Virus record (IMG/VR): IMGVR_UViG_3300025668_000745
Coordinates: 20,644 to 84,643 of that record
DNA length: 64,000 nucleotides
Direction: 5' to 3' (one strand)
Origin: a virus
Position numbers and translations under genes: made by a program. Below the pieces are notes generated by a model, which was not told the DNA's origin, searched no databases, and worked only from the letters and a program-made list of their open reading frames with translations. Shown here piece by piece: positions 10,959-21,601 of the stretch; position 1 is the stretch's first letter; each line of letters starts with the position of its first letter.

Positions 10959-12977
10959 ATGGCAATAATAATTTATCATACTGACGGTACAAGATCGTTA
11001 ACCATTACTGACAATACTGTTAATAATGAAACAAGTTTAGATTTACCCGGCAGAGGGTATACTGGTTATGGCACCAAGGTTAATGAAAACTTATTACACT
11101 TATTAGAAAACTTTGCTAATACTTCTGAGCCCAGCGGTCCGGTTATAGGACAACTTTGGTACGACACAGGCGCAGCAGGCGGCTTAAAAGTGTTTAACGG
11201 TTCGTCATTTTTAGATGCTGGCGGATTAAAGTCTGGAGCAATTAGACCTGCTGATGCTAAAAGTGCTCCTGGAGATTTATGGGTTGATACAACTAATGCA
11301 CAATTATATTTGTGGAACGGAACTAAATGGATATTAATTGGTCCTGAATATTCCGATGGATTAATTACTGGAGCAAAGCCAGATACAATTACTGATATTA
11401 GTAATTTAGAAAAAACAGTTTTATTTTTATATGTAGCTGGACAACCGCTTGCTGTATTATCAACTGAAGATTTTACTCCAAAAACAGCGTTATCTGGTTA
11501 TACTCAAATAAAATCAGGATTAAATATTTCATCTAACGTAGTAATGAACGGAATTGCTGAAAAGGCAAATAGTTTATTAGTTGACGGAACAAGTGTTGCT
11601 GGTAATCAGTTTTTAAGAAAAGATACTGCTAATATAACAAACGAATCACTAACAGTTCGAAATAACCAAGGTATTTCTGTAGGACTTGATAGTTCTATGA
11701 GATTAGAAGTTGGCGGAGTTACAGGTACAATCAAACACCCTTCGGCTAATAGTAATATTAACCTTTCAGTTACTACATCACAAGGTTTGGCAAAAAATGT
11801 TTTAAGAGTTAGCGGAAGCGAAAAAGTTGGTATTAATAGAAACCCTGATGTTGCATTACATGTAGCGGGTAACATACAGACTAATTTAGGTAATGCTGGT
11901 GAAAACGGCGATTTAATTATTGCTGGAGATGCTAACATAGGAGAAAACTTAGATGTTTCTGGAACATCGTTATTTGACGGTCTTGCTACATTTGGTACAG
12001 CAACAGCTACTAACTCTTTTTCAACTAACACATTATTACCAATATCAGAAGATTCAAATATTGGTGCAGCAAATAATAGATGGAATACAGTATATGCACA
12101 AACAGTAAGAGCTGATACTATTGAAGGACAGTTTTCTGGTTCGGCAAGTACAGCAGGTAGATGGTCAAGTCCTATATCATTACAGTTTGGTGGCGGCAAT
12201 AGTGACATTACAAGCTCCCCTATTGAAATTGATGGATCTGATAATGTTGTAATTAGTGCAAGTGTTTCAAGTAGTTTTATTGTAAACAAAAGTACAGTTA
12301 GTGATGCGGCTGTAGACGATTTATTATTAATACAGCGAGGCGGTCAATTATTTAAATTAGCATATAGATCGATACAAGATGCATTACCTACTATTCCGGT
12401 CGGCACTATTATGCCGTATGGTGGCCCGACAGCACCTGTTGGATACCATTTATGTGACGGAAGTCAAAAAATTATATCAGAATTTGAAGATTTATACGAA
12501 GTTATAGGTTATAATTATGGATCTATTAATAGTGTTTCAGCAGGTAGTTTTAAACTACCCGACCTTAGAGGTAGAGTACCGTTAGGAGTTGATAACATGG
12601 GCGGATCAAGCGCAAATAGAACACTTGACACTTCAGCAGACACACTTGGATTATCAAACGACGGTAAATCAAGTGAATTACTAATTCAACAAAGAAATTT
12701 ACCTGAACACCAGCATACTTTTGAATCTTTTCCTGAAGGTAGCAATGTTGCAGTAGATACATTTTATGCACTAAACGATAGTGTATCTGATACTACTGCT
12801 GTAGGTGTTAGTAATGACTTAGGCGTACAAAAAGACCCAGGAGGTACTACGTCTGCTATAGATAGAACAGGTAAAATTTATAGACAAAATATTAACGAAC
12901 CAGTAAATGAAGCAGTCAATATTATGCCTCCGTATCAAACATTTAATTATATTATCTATCACGGAGTGCTATCATGA
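10959..12977 (+). CDS. Tail fibre / baseplate protein with C-terminal tail-collar domain
   Basis: N-terminal ENLLHLLENFA..P..GQLWYD module shared with the next two ORFs; PVGTIMPYGG..GYHLCDG..FKLPDLRGRVPLG is a phage tail-collar signature; SD GAGGAG upstream. Confidence 0.8.
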   Translation: MAIIIYHTDGTRSLTITDNTVNNETSLDLPGRGYTGYGTKVNENLLHLLENFANTSEPSGPVIGQLWYDTGAAGGLKVFNGSSFLDAGGLKSGAIRPADAKSAPGDLWVDTTNAQLYLWNGTKWILIGPEYSDGLITGAKPDTITDISNLEKTVLFLYVAGQPLAVLSTEDFTPKTALSGYTQIKSGLNISSNVVMNGIAEKANSLLVDGTSVAGNQFLRKDTANITNESLTVRNNQGISVGLDSSMRLEVGGVTGTIKHPSANSNINLSVTTSQGLAKNVLRVSGSEKVGINRNPDVALHVAGNIQTNLGNAGENGDLIIAGDANIGENLDVSGTSLFDGLATFGTATATNSFSTNTLLPISEDSNIGAANNRWNTVYAQTVRADTIEGQFSGSASTAGRWSSPISLQFGGGNSDITSSPIEIDGSDNVVISASVSSSFIVNKSTVSDAAVDDLLLIQRGGQLFKLAYRSIQDALPTIPVGTIMPYGGPTAPVGYHLCDGSQKIISEFEDLYEVIGYNYGSINSVSAGSFKLPDLRGRVPLGVDNMGGSSANRTLDTSADTLGLSNDGKSSELLIQQRNLPEHQHTFESFPEGSNVAVDTFYALNDSVSDTTAVGVSNDLGVQKDPGGTTSAIDRTGKIYRQNINEPVNEAVNIMPPYQTFNYIIYHGVLS

Positions 12978-14695
12978 GCTATATTATTAACACTACAAAC
13001 GGTTCTATTTTAACTACATTGGTAGACGGTACACGGGACATATCTACTACAAGTATAAGTTTAATAGGAAAAAATTATACAGGTTTTGGAGAAAGCATAA
13101 ATGAAAATTTTGTTAATATACTCGAAAACTTTGCTAACACATCGGCACCGAGTGCTCCATTAGCTGGACAACTTTGGTGGGACACAAGTGAATCTCGATT
13201 AAAAGTTTACGACGGAACAACAAAAAGTTGGAGAACAAGTGGTGGACCTATATTATCTTCAGAAGAACCAATTATGGTTGCTGGCGATTTATGGATAGAT
13301 ACTTTCAATAGACAAATTTATTTTAAAGACTCTGCTGGATTAGATCCAGTATTAGTTGGACCAAGTTATAAAAACAGCCAAGGCAAAACTGGATTATTTT
13401 CAGAAGATATAATCAACGATGCTGGCTTAGAAAAAACAGTAAGTTCGTTATATGTAGCTGGATTAAAAATTGCAATTGTTTCAAAAGAAACAATTACTCC
13501 AAATGGTGTAATTGTAGGACTTACTGGAGATATTAAACCTGGTATAAATTATTTAAATGTAACTGGAGAAACTAATCCTAAACTAATCGGTACAGCAACA
13601 AATGCAGAAAGTATAGGCGGCGTTAATATAAGTAATTTATTAAGAGGCGACTCTAATGACCAAACAGTTGGTACTTTGCGTATAAAAAATGATGGAGGGT
13701 TATCGATAGGTAATGCTCAACCATATCATCAAATACTTATAAATGGTACACGAGATACAATTTTTAAAAATAGTAGTAGTGGTTCAAAGATATCATTTGA
13801 ACTACGTAATGCACAAGCACAAAGTGAAACAGCTATTGATATTAACCCTTCAGCAAGACAGATTAAATTTTATCCTGTTACAGGAGATGCAGATGTAAAT
13901 GTAAATGGTGATCTTACAGTAGAAGGCGATCTTACAGTTAACGGTTCAACTACAACAGTAAACTCAACAGAGCTATCAGTAGACGACAAAAATATCGAGT
14001 TAGCAGCTACCGATAGTCCGTCAGATGCTATAGCAGCAGGCGGCGGTATTATACTTAAAGGTAGTTCAGACCATAGCATTATTTGGAACTTAGATATTCC
14101 AAACGGTGATTACTGGACAGTTAACGATCATTTAAATCTTACAACAGGAAAGGCATTTAAAATTAACAATACAAGTATTTTAGATGCAGTTAGATTACAT
14201 AACTCTGTTACAGAGAGTAATTTACAAACACTGGGAGATTTAAATAATCTTCAAATTAATAACGGTCCGTTTATGAGCGGAAACAATATTAGTACAACAG
14301 CGTCACTTACATTTGACGTAGACGGTATTGTTACGTTTACAAATAATACAGCTGATATTAATATTAGAGGTATAGCAAACCCTGCGGCTAATAATGACGT
14401 TGCAAACAAAGCATATGTTGATCTTAAAACACGAGATACAAAGGTATCATTATCCTTTGATGCAACAAACTATAACGTAGGGCCTTACGCAAAATACGAT
14501 CAATCAATTACACAAACTTGGTTACAACAGATTGCACCAGCATCTGACAGAAACGCAACAACTACAGCGGCACTTCATTGCATCTTTTACTTACCTGGCG
14601 GTATAGAAAGAGAAGTAAGAAGATATGTAGTATCAATCATTAACAATGCAAAAACGTGGGATTTTCAAGGTGTTGAAAATATATCACAGCCATAA
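12974..14695 (+). CDS. Tail fibre / baseplate protein (paralog)
   Basis: ENFVNILENFA..GQLWWD N-terminus; GDLTVEGDLTVNGSTTTVNST..V.DKNIEL fibre motif; ATGA overlap with the previous gene. Confidence 0.75.
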   Translation: MSYIINTTNGSILTTLVDGTRDISTTSISLIGKNYTGFGESINENFVNILENFANTSAPSAPLAGQLWWDTSESRLKVYDGTTKSWRTSGGPILSSEEPIMVAGDLWIDTFNRQIYFKDSAGLDPVLVGPSYKNSQGKTGLFSEDIINDAGLEKTVSSLYVAGLKIAIVSKETITPNGVIVGLTGDIKPGINYLNVTGETNPKLIGTATNAESIGGVNISNLLRGDSNDQTVGTLRIKNDGGLSIGNAQPYHQILINGTRDTIFKNSSSGSKISFELRNAQAQSETAIDINPSARQIKFYPVTGDADVNVNGDLTVEGDLTVNGSTTTVNSTELSVDDKNIELAATDSPSDAIAAGGGIILKGSSDHSIIWNLDIPNGDYWTVNDHLNLTTGKAFKINNTSILDAVRLHNSVTESNLQTLGDLNNLQINNGPFMSGNNISTTASLTFDVDGIVTFTNNTADINIRGIANPAANNDVANKAYVDLKTRDTKVSLSFDATNYNVGPYAKYDQSITQTWLQQIAPASDRNATTTAALHCIFYLPGGIEREVRRYVVSIINNAKTWDFQGVENISQP

Positions 14696-14716
14696 ATATT
14701 ATATTGGCATAAATAC
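14693..14716 (+). promoter_or_regulatory. Two TAAATA late-promoter motifs
   Basis: TAAATA at 14693 and 14710, upstream of the ATG at 14737 (SD AGGGG). Confidence 0.6.
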
Positions 14717-14736
14717 GTTATACATAGGGGTCAACA

Positions 14737-16290
14737 ATGGCATATAGCATACAAAAAACAAGTGGTCAAACGTTATCTACAATTGCTGACGGCACAGTAG
14801 ATAATACAACTGACTTAAAACTAATAGGTAAAAACTTTGCAGGGTACGGCGAAATACAAAACGAAAACTTTGTATTTTTATTAGAAAACTTTGCAAGTGC
14901 GCAACAACCACCACGTCCGATAGCAGGGCAAGTTTGGTTTGATAGCGGAGAGAATAAACTTAAATTTTACGACGGAAGTGCGTGGAAAACTACTGGTGGA
15001 ACCACAAGTACTACTTCACAACCTGTAAATTTATCAGAAGGTGATCTTTGGTTTGATAACGTAAATCAAAAATTATACATTTATAACGGCGCTGACTTTT
15101 CATTCATTGGACCCCAGGATGCAGGTGACGGCTTAACACAAATGCAAAGTAGAGAAATAATTGCTACAGATAATACATCTAAGGCAGTTGTTGTTGCTAC
15201 TATAGAAGATGAAGAAATTGCAATTTTTAGTAATTCTAATTTTACTATTAAAGATACAGGAACACAATTTGCTGATTTTGCAGGATTTGTTGACAATAAC
15301 AGAACAATCAAAAAAGGTATTACATTAAAAGGTAATGACGAAAATGGTGTTAACACTGAAACATTCTTTTACGGCACAGCTACTAATGCAACTAAGTTAG
15401 GTGGATTTAGTGCAGCTAATTATGTAAGATCAGATCAAGCAAACTTTTCCGGCACAGTAGTTAACTTTGATGATAACGGTATTAATATTGGTAATGATCA
15501 AGATATGTCTATTGTTATAGATGGTAGCGGCGGCAATGAAGGTCATCTAAAAATGAACCAACAGTTGTTAAAGTTTAGTACTTATAACGGTGCATCATAT
15601 GATGAAGTATTTAAAATTAACGGCTCGCAAATATTGCCAGGCGGCACACCAGTAAACCAAGTTAGTGCAAGATCAATCGGCGATGCAACAAATCAGTTTA
15701 ACGAAGTTCATGCACAATCATTTAAAGGTACATCGGATAGAACAAACGAAATGCGTGTAGGTCTACCTGCAAATAATGAATATATTACAGCAAGCTATAC
15801 ATATGCTGGAGCAGCGGATGCTAATACAGTTGTAGCAAGAGACGACAACGGTAATATTGCTGCTAATGAACTTTACGGCGTATCGAGTCGTGCAAAGTAT
15901 GCTGACTTAGCAGAAATATATAAATCAGAAAACAACGATATTCCTAATGGAACAATTGTTGGTATTACAGGCGGCGCCGGCGATACAGAAATAGGTCCGG
16001 CATTTATAAACGGTGCAAACGCAACTGCTATCGGTGTAATTAGTACAGCGCCAGCATATTTAATGAATGCCGATGCTTCCGGACAAGCAGTTGGATTAAT
16101 AGGTAGAGTTCCAACACTTGTAAAAGGTCCAGCAAAAATGGGAGCTCCGGTGTATGTAAGTAATGATCCAGGTATAGGTACAACAGAACCAGACCCGGAT
16201 GGGCCATTATGTCTTGTAGGATACATATTAGAAGAAGACGCCGGCGTTAGTGAAGCCGCACGATTAGTTGAATGTTTTATTAAGTGCTAA
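14737..16290 (+). CDS. Tail fibre protein with C-terminal intramolecular-chaperone (peptidase G2/S74-like) domain
   Basis: Third ENFVFLLENFA..GQVWFD paralog; C-terminus AKYADLAEIY...GVIST.PAYLMN...GLIGRVP resembles autocleaving fibre chaperone domains. Confidence 0.7.
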   Translation: MAYSIQKTSGQTLSTIADGTVDNTTDLKLIGKNFAGYGEIQNENFVFLLENFASAQQPPRPIAGQVWFDSGENKLKFYDGSAWKTTGGTTSTTSQPVNLSEGDLWFDNVNQKLYIYNGADFSFIGPQDAGDGLTQMQSREIIATDNTSKAVVVATIEDEEIAIFSNSNFTIKDTGTQFADFAGFVDNNRTIKKGITLKGNDENGVNTETFFYGTATNATKLGGFSAANYVRSDQANFSGTVVNFDDNGINIGNDQDMSIVIDGSGGNEGHLKMNQQLLKFSTYNGASYDEVFKINGSQILPGGTPVNQVSARSIGDATNQFNEVHAQSFKGTSDRTNEMRVGLPANNEYITASYTYAGAADANTVVARDDNGNIAANELYGVSSRAKYADLAEIYKSENNDIPNGTIVGITGGAGDTEIGPAFINGANATAIGVISTAPAYLMNADASGQAVGLIGRVPTLVKGPAKMGAPVYVSNDPGIGTTEPDPDGPLCLVGYILEEDAGVSEAARLVECFIKC

Positions 16291-16294
16291 ATAG
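16287..16294 (+). promoter_or_regulatory. Late promoter motif CTAAATAG
   Basis: TAAATA overlapping the stop codon, followed by SD GAGGA and the ATG at 16316. Confidence 0.55.
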
Positions 16295-16315
16295 TACGTA
16301 TAACGAGGAAAAGCA

Positions 16316-17368
16316 ATGGCAGTAAATGTTGGAGATTTAATCACTGATACGGATTATAATAATATGCGTACAACAGTAGAATCAGTTTTAGGAGCACCGG
16401 TAGGGACACATGGAAGTCCAACTACTAACTTAGGTTATGGTCAACCTTTAGAAAGTTCAACAGTAGCCAACGGTGCAACTGTTACTGCTGATGATTTAAA
16501 TAAACTTTATCTTGATATATATGCATGTAAATTACACCAAGTAGGTGGCACAGGGTTTACAGTACAAGAAGTTTCTGTTGGTAACATTATTGGTGCAGAC
16601 GCAAGTGGCACTTCGGTATCAAATCTTAATCTAACACAACAGGGCGTTAATGATTTTATAAGCGAGTCTGATCAAGTTTTTACTGATCGTGAAGATAAAG
16701 ATACAGGATATATGCAAGCATTAGCAGCTAATACACGATCACGTACTACAGCTTGGGGATATGGCGGGTTAACAACAATAACACATATTTTTAGTGTAAG
16801 TTTTGGCGGACAAACAAAGTCAGCTGACTCGGGCAATACTCAAGTACTTACAGCAGCCGATCATTATCGAGCATTTTTTAATACTGGCGGAGAAATTCGC
16901 TGGTACGGTAGTCGTTCAGGCGGCGCCGCTCATACTAAAAACACTGACTGGACAAATATGTTTGCTGACTTAGGAACAGTGAAAATAGATCGTGATAGTG
17001 TTACAGTTACTGGTAATACTACAAATACAACAGTATTATCAAAAGGCGGATTTGAATTATCTACAACATATCAAGATATAATAGTTCGAACTGGTGCTAA
17101 TTATTCTGTTAACAATTTAACATTATCAGCCAAAGTTGATAGTAATACTAATCCGACAGTAGTTACACTGCGCTTACAATTAACTGATACAGATGATGAC
17201 TACGGTGGCGCAACTTTTGACGACGGCTATGTAGAACCAGCAGTTGATCCAAGTGTTGACGGTACATTATCAAGTAATACTCAAATATATCTTGCTCAAG
17301 ATAGTAATAATATTATTGAAATAACAGCGCCAACAGTTAATATGAATGTATCTGGAACTGATCTTTAA
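16316..17368 (+). CDS. Putative virion structural protein
   Basis: 350 aa, G/T/S/N-rich; LGYGQ and RAFFNTGGEIR motifs; late-promoter motif and structural context. Confidence 0.6.
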   Translation: MAVNVGDLITDTDYNNMRTTVESVLGAPVGTHGSPTTNLGYGQPLESSTVANGATVTADDLNKLYLDIYACKLHQVGGTGFTVQEVSVGNIIGADASGTSVSNLNLTQQGVNDFISESDQVFTDREDKDTGYMQALAANTRSRTTAWGYGGLTTITHIFSVSFGGQTKSADSGNTQVLTAADHYRAFFNTGGEIRWYGSRSGGAAHTKNTDWTNMFADLGTVKIDRDSVTVTGNTTNTTVLSKGGFELSTTYQDIIVRTGANYSVNNLTLSAKVDSNTNPTVVTLRLQLTDTDDDYGGATFDDGYVEPAVDPSVDGTLSSNTQIYLAQDSNNIIEITAPTVNMNVSGTDL

Positions 17369-17375
17369 ATTTTAA

Positions 17376-17404
17376 TTGACAAACTGTATTTAAGACTGTA
17401 TACT
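17376..17404 (+). promoter_or_regulatory. Sigma70-type promoter heading the enzyme island
   Basis: TTGACA (17376-81), 17-bp spacer, TATACT (17399-404); SD GGAG at 17413. Confidence 0.8.
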
Positions 17405-17423
17405 AACAGTATGGAGTATACGT

Positions 17424-17777
17424 ATGGATAAAAAACTTGAAGCAGCATTAGACTTTACTAATTATTCGCTTACATTAGAAAAACAAAAACTTATAGCAAA
17501 AAACCACTTCAAAAAATCTATTATTTTGAATTACGAAGGCGGTATGTTTACAGTATCGATGGAGTTATTGTCTTATTGTAAATTAATGGAAAAAGATAGC
17601 AACTACGAACAATACATTATTATTGACGATAATGATATCCCAATTGAAATAACAAACTTAGAAGAATTTTATACACAGGCTCGTAGGTTGTATTACAAAC
17701 ACTGTAAACAATATCTAAATGAGTATAAACGTTTAATTGGCAAAAGAGACGTAAAGGGTATTGTATTTGATGAGTAG
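17424..17777 (+). CDS. Hypothetical protein
   Basis: 117-aa ORF with promoter and SD; overlaps the next gene. Confidence 0.7.
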   Translation: MDKKLEAALDFTNYSLTLEKQKLIAKNHFKKSIILNYEGGMFTVSMELLSYCKLMEKDSNYEQYIIIDDNDIPIEITNLEEFYTQARRLYYKHCKQYLNEYKRLIGKRDVKGIVFDE

Positions 17778-18588
17778 CGGAGTATTGTTATTTGCAAGTA
17801 ATAATAAATCAGTTGATTATGTAAAGCAAGCTATTTTCCTTGCTAAACGCATACGCAAGTATATGGACTTGCCCACTTCGATTGTTACGACTGACAAAGA
17901 CTATAACATCGAACCCAGTGTGTTTGATAAGATCGTTTATGTTGATGATACAAAAAAGATTAATAATCGAATATATAATGATGCAGCTAAATCTATTACA
18001 TTAAATTTTAAAAATAATTTACGTCCGTTGGCGTACGATCTTTCACCGTATGATAATACTTTTTTAATGGATACTGATTATATAGTTTCCAGTAATTATT
18101 TAAAAGGTTTTTTGCAACAGTATGAGGATTTTTTAATTTTTAAAGATAGCATTAATATAGGATATGAAGATAATGCTGATACGTTTAAGTACATAGGTAA
18201 AAATAGTATTGACTTTTATTGGGCTACAGTAGTTTATTTTACTAAATCAAATAAGAATAAAGTATTTTTTGACTTATTAAAACATATACAAGAAAATTAT
18301 TATAATTATGCAGTAAATTATAACTTACAAAATACAATGTATAGGAACGATCATGCATTTAGTATTGCAATTCATATAATGAATAATTTTGGACAGTCTA
18401 ATCTTTTCAAAACTTTTCCAACTCCTATAATTTATACTTTAGACAAAGAAGAATTATTAGAAATTAACGATACAGAATTAACATTATTATCTCGAAACTC
18501 AGATAAAATTAATACTGTATTACATAAAACAAAAGACATAGATGTTCATGTAATGAATAAGTTTAGTTTAGAAAAGTTAATATCATGA
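17770..18588 (+). CDS. Glycosyltransferase-like protein (GT-A fold, GT8-like)
   Basis: GVLLFA..DYVKQA start, LSPYDNTFLMDTD DxD motif, RNDHAFSIA; paralog of the next ORF. Start placed at ATG 17770. Confidence 0.65.
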   Translation: MSSGVLLFASNNKSVDYVKQAIFLAKRIRKYMDLPTSIVTTDKDYNIEPSVFDKIVYVDDTKKINNRIYNDAAKSITLNFKNNLRPLAYDLSPYDNTFLMDTDYIVSSNYLKGFLQQYEDFLIFKDSINIGYEDNADTFKYIGKNSIDFYWATVVYFTKSNKNKVFFDLLKHIQENYYNYAVNYNLQNTMYRNDHAFSIAIHIMNNFGQSNLFKTFPTPIIYTLDKEELLEINDTELTLLSRNSDKINTVLHKTKDIDVHVMNKFSLEKLIS

Positions 18589-19439
18589 GTAAGGGTTTTC
18601 TGTTATTTGCTCAAAATAACTCAACAACAGATTATGTGCGACAAGCATATGCATTAGCATGTAGTATAAAAGCTACACAAAAAACTCACTCTAATGTTTG
18701 TTTAATTACTGATAAAAATGTTAGTGACAATTATTCAAAAGTTTTTGATCAAGTTATAGTAATACAGTCTGACGATGCATTAAACAGTGAATGGAAGATT
18801 GAAAATAGATATAAAATTTATGATCTTAGTCCGTATGAAGAAACTATTGTGTTAGATACTGATATGTTAGTATTATCAGATTTGTTAGACTACTGGCAAG
18901 ACTTTTCAACACACGATATTTGCTTTACTACTGATGTAAGAACATTTAGAAATAAACCTATAACAACTGGACTATGGTATTATAGAAAAGCATTTGTAAG
19001 ATTTGAGCTACCTAATACATATGTTGCACTACATTATTTTAAAAAGACAACTCTAACAAAGATGTTTGCAAAATATTTAGAAATTATTAATAAAAATTGG
19101 GAAGTAATATATGGTACATTTACAGGTGGCAATGCTTTTCAAAAATGGGCAAGTATTGATGTTAGTGCTGCATTAGCAATTCGAGTTTTAGATATTGAAA
19201 AGGAAGTTACTCCAAAGAATTCTGTAATTAATTTTACTCATATGAAAGTATACCATCAAGAGTTTGATAATTTGCAAAATAATTGGCAAGATTATATTAC
19301 TGCTTATATGACAGACGAATTAGAACTTTTTATTGGCAACTATAAACAAGGTGGAGTTTTTCATTATATTGAAGATTCGTTCTTAAGCGATAAAATTATA
19401 AAAAAATATGAAAAGTATTTGAATTATGCAGAATTATAA
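18585..19439 (+). CDS. Glycosyltransferase-like protein (GT-A fold, GT8-like)
   Basis: GFLLFA..DYVRQA, LSPYEETIVLDTDML DxD motif, C-terminal FTHMK/FHY. Confidence 0.7.
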   Translation: MSKGFLLFAQNNSTTDYVRQAYALACSIKATQKTHSNVCLITDKNVSDNYSKVFDQVIVIQSDDALNSEWKIENRYKIYDLSPYEETIVLDTDMLVLSDLLDYWQDFSTHDICFTTDVRTFRNKPITTGLWYYRKAFVRFELPNTYVALHYFKKTTLTKMFAKYLEIINKNWEVIYGTFTGGNAFQKWASIDVSAALAIRVLDIEKEVTPKNSVINFTHMKVYHQEFDNLQNNWQDYITAYMTDELELFIGNYKQGGVFHYIEDSFLSDKIIKKYEKYLNYAEL

Positions 19440-20001
19440 AAAGAGAATTTCCTATCTAAATAAAATTAATAATAAAGTACCTATCTGGTATTGCGAATAT
19501 GATAGCAAGTCTAACGATATTATATGTTTTACAACAATTGATAATAAAACATCTACACGAATTGAAGTTTCACATGACACTGCAATGAAGTTTAATAGTG
19601 GAGAAAAACATTTATATCAATATTTTGTCAATGTTGACAGTAATGCTGTTGAAATTAAACAACAGTTTTTAAAGCCTAAAACAACAAACTTTTTTGAAGT
19701 AATACAACAAACAGATATATGTGATATTATAATACAAAAGGACTACAAAAACAACAAGTGGAAATTTAGTTGTAATAATGTTGAGAACAACATTGACGGA
19801 TCATTACATTTCAGCATTACTCAGAAAGACAACCCAAATTTGCTATATAGAAGTATAACCATTTCTGTAAATGAGATAACTGATAATACTGTAGAAGTTG
19901 ACTTTACAGAACACGATAAAAACACTAAAGACTATAGTGTGTTCACAGTTAAAAAGTTTCAATCGTATACATTAGAGGAAAAACATGCATCAAACACTTA
20001 A
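19426..20001 (+). CDS. Hypothetical protein
   Basis: 191-aa ORF overlapping both neighbours. Confidence 0.65.
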   Translation: MQNYKKRISYLNKINNKVPIWYCEYDSKSNDIICFTTIDNKTSTRIEVSHDTAMKFNSGEKHLYQYFVNVDSNAVEIKQQFLKPKTTNFFEVIQQTDICDIIIQKDYKNNKWKFSCNNVENNIDGSLHFSITQKDNPNLLYRSITISVNEITDNTVEVDFTEHDKNTKDYSVFTVKKFQSYTLEEKHASNT

Positions 20002-21601
20002 AGTAAAAGATTTAGATATAATATATCTATCTTACGATGAACCAAACGCAGAAAAAAATTATGAAGACTTACTTACAAAAGTGCCTTGGGCAAAGCGTGT
20101 ACACGGAGTAGAAGGCAGCGATGCCGCACACAAAGCATGTGCTAAACTTAGTAATACAGATCGATTTATTACTATAGACGGTGACAACATAATTAATCCT
20201 AAGTTTCTGCAAGAAGAAATATATTTCTATGATGGTGCAGATATCGACAAGGCTGTTATTAGTTGGACTGCTAAAAATTCAATTAACAATTTAATGTATG
20301 GTAATGGCGGCATTAAGTGTTGGCCAAAATCTCATGTTTTAAATATGCAAACACATGAAAATGCTGAACCAGATAATGTCAAAGCACAAGTCGATTTCTG
20401 CTGGGACATGGAGTACATACAACAAGATACTTGTTATTCGATGATAATGAATAATTATACTCCTCATCAAGCGTGGCGTGCTGGGTTTCGTGAAGGGGTT
20501 AAGATGGCACTCAACGAAGGAACACAACTATCTAAAGACGGATTGTTATCTCAACATTGGAAAAATCTAAATAGACTCTATATTTGGACAATGGTCGGCT
20601 GCGATACTATAAACGGCGACTGGGGAATACTTGGGGCAAGAGCAGGTTTGTATATGGCTATGTGTACAGATTGGGATTTTATACAAGTAAGAGATTTTGA
20701 ACATTTAAACGACTTATGGAAACAGTCCTTTGAATCGATTGAAAACGTTGAAGATGAAATTGTTGAATACGGTATCAAACTCATTAATGCACTTGATCTT
20801 CCAATTGCTGAAAATCCGTTATCAGCTCAACAGAGTAAATTCTTCAAAACAGTGTATCGAAACCCTCCAAGATTAATATCGCCTAAAGTTGTCAAAGCAT
20901 CTCCAGTAGCAAAAACAGAATACGATATTGTAATGATAACATATAACGAAGAATATATGAATCAAAACTACAAGAGATTATTAGAAAGATTTCCTTATGC
21001 AAAGCGTATACACGGAGTAGATGGAATTCATAATGCACATATAAAAGCAGCAGAGCTATGCACAACTGATATGATTTGGATAGTTGACGGTGATGCTGTT
21101 ATTGACGACGATTTTAATTTTAACTATGCAGTTCCTAAATGGGATTTAGACACAGTGCATGTATGCAATAGTAAAAATCCTATTAATGATTTAATTTACG
21201 GTTATGGTGCTATTAAACTATTTCCGAGAGAACTTACTCTTAATATGGATAAGTCTAAGCCGGATATGACTACAAGTATAAGTAATAAATTTAAAAAAGT
21301 ATACGAAATAAGTAATATTACTGAATTTAATACAAGTCCGCTAAACACTTGGAAAAGTGCATTTAGAGAATGTTGTAAACTTTCAAGCAAAGTAATAGAC
21401 AGACAAAAAGACGACGAAACAAACGAACGATTAAATATTTGGTGTACAGTTGGCAACGACAGACAATACGGAGAATATGCAATCGATGGTGCCAACGAAG
21501 GCAGAAAATACGGAGAATACTATCGTGATTCACTGCAAGATCTGCGTAGAATAAATGATTTTATGTGGTTAGAGGAGAGATTTAATGAGCATTACAAATA
21601 A
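19985..21601 (+). CDS. Tandem two-domain glycosyltransferase-like protein (GT-A/GT2-like)
   Basis: Two homologous halves, each with a DGD (DxD) motif: AKRVHGVEG..IDGDNII and AKRIHGVDG..VDGDAVI. Confidence 0.7.
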   Translation: MHQTLKVKDLDIIYLSYDEPNAEKNYEDLLTKVPWAKRVHGVEGSDAAHKACAKLSNTDRFITIDGDNIINPKFLQEEIYFYDGADIDKAVISWTAKNSINNLMYGNGGIKCWPKSHVLNMQTHENAEPDNVKAQVDFCWDMEYIQQDTCYSMIMNNYTPHQAWRAGFREGVKMALNEGTQLSKDGLLSQHWKNLNRLYIWTMVGCDTINGDWGILGARAGLYMAMCTDWDFIQVRDFEHLNDLWKQSFESIENVEDEIVEYGIKLINALDLPIAENPLSAQQSKFFKTVYRNPPRLISPKVVKASPVAKTEYDIVMITYNEEYMNQNYKRLLERFPYAKRIHGVDGIHNAHIKAAELCTTDMIWIVDGDAVIDDDFNFNYAVPKWDLDTVHVCNSKNPINDLIYGYGAIKLFPRELTLNMDKSKPDMTTSISNKFKKVYEISNITEFNTSPLNTWKSAFRECCKLSSKVIDRQKDDETNERLNIWCTVGNDRQYGEYAIDGANEGRKYGEYYRDSLQDLRRINDFMWLEERFNEHYK

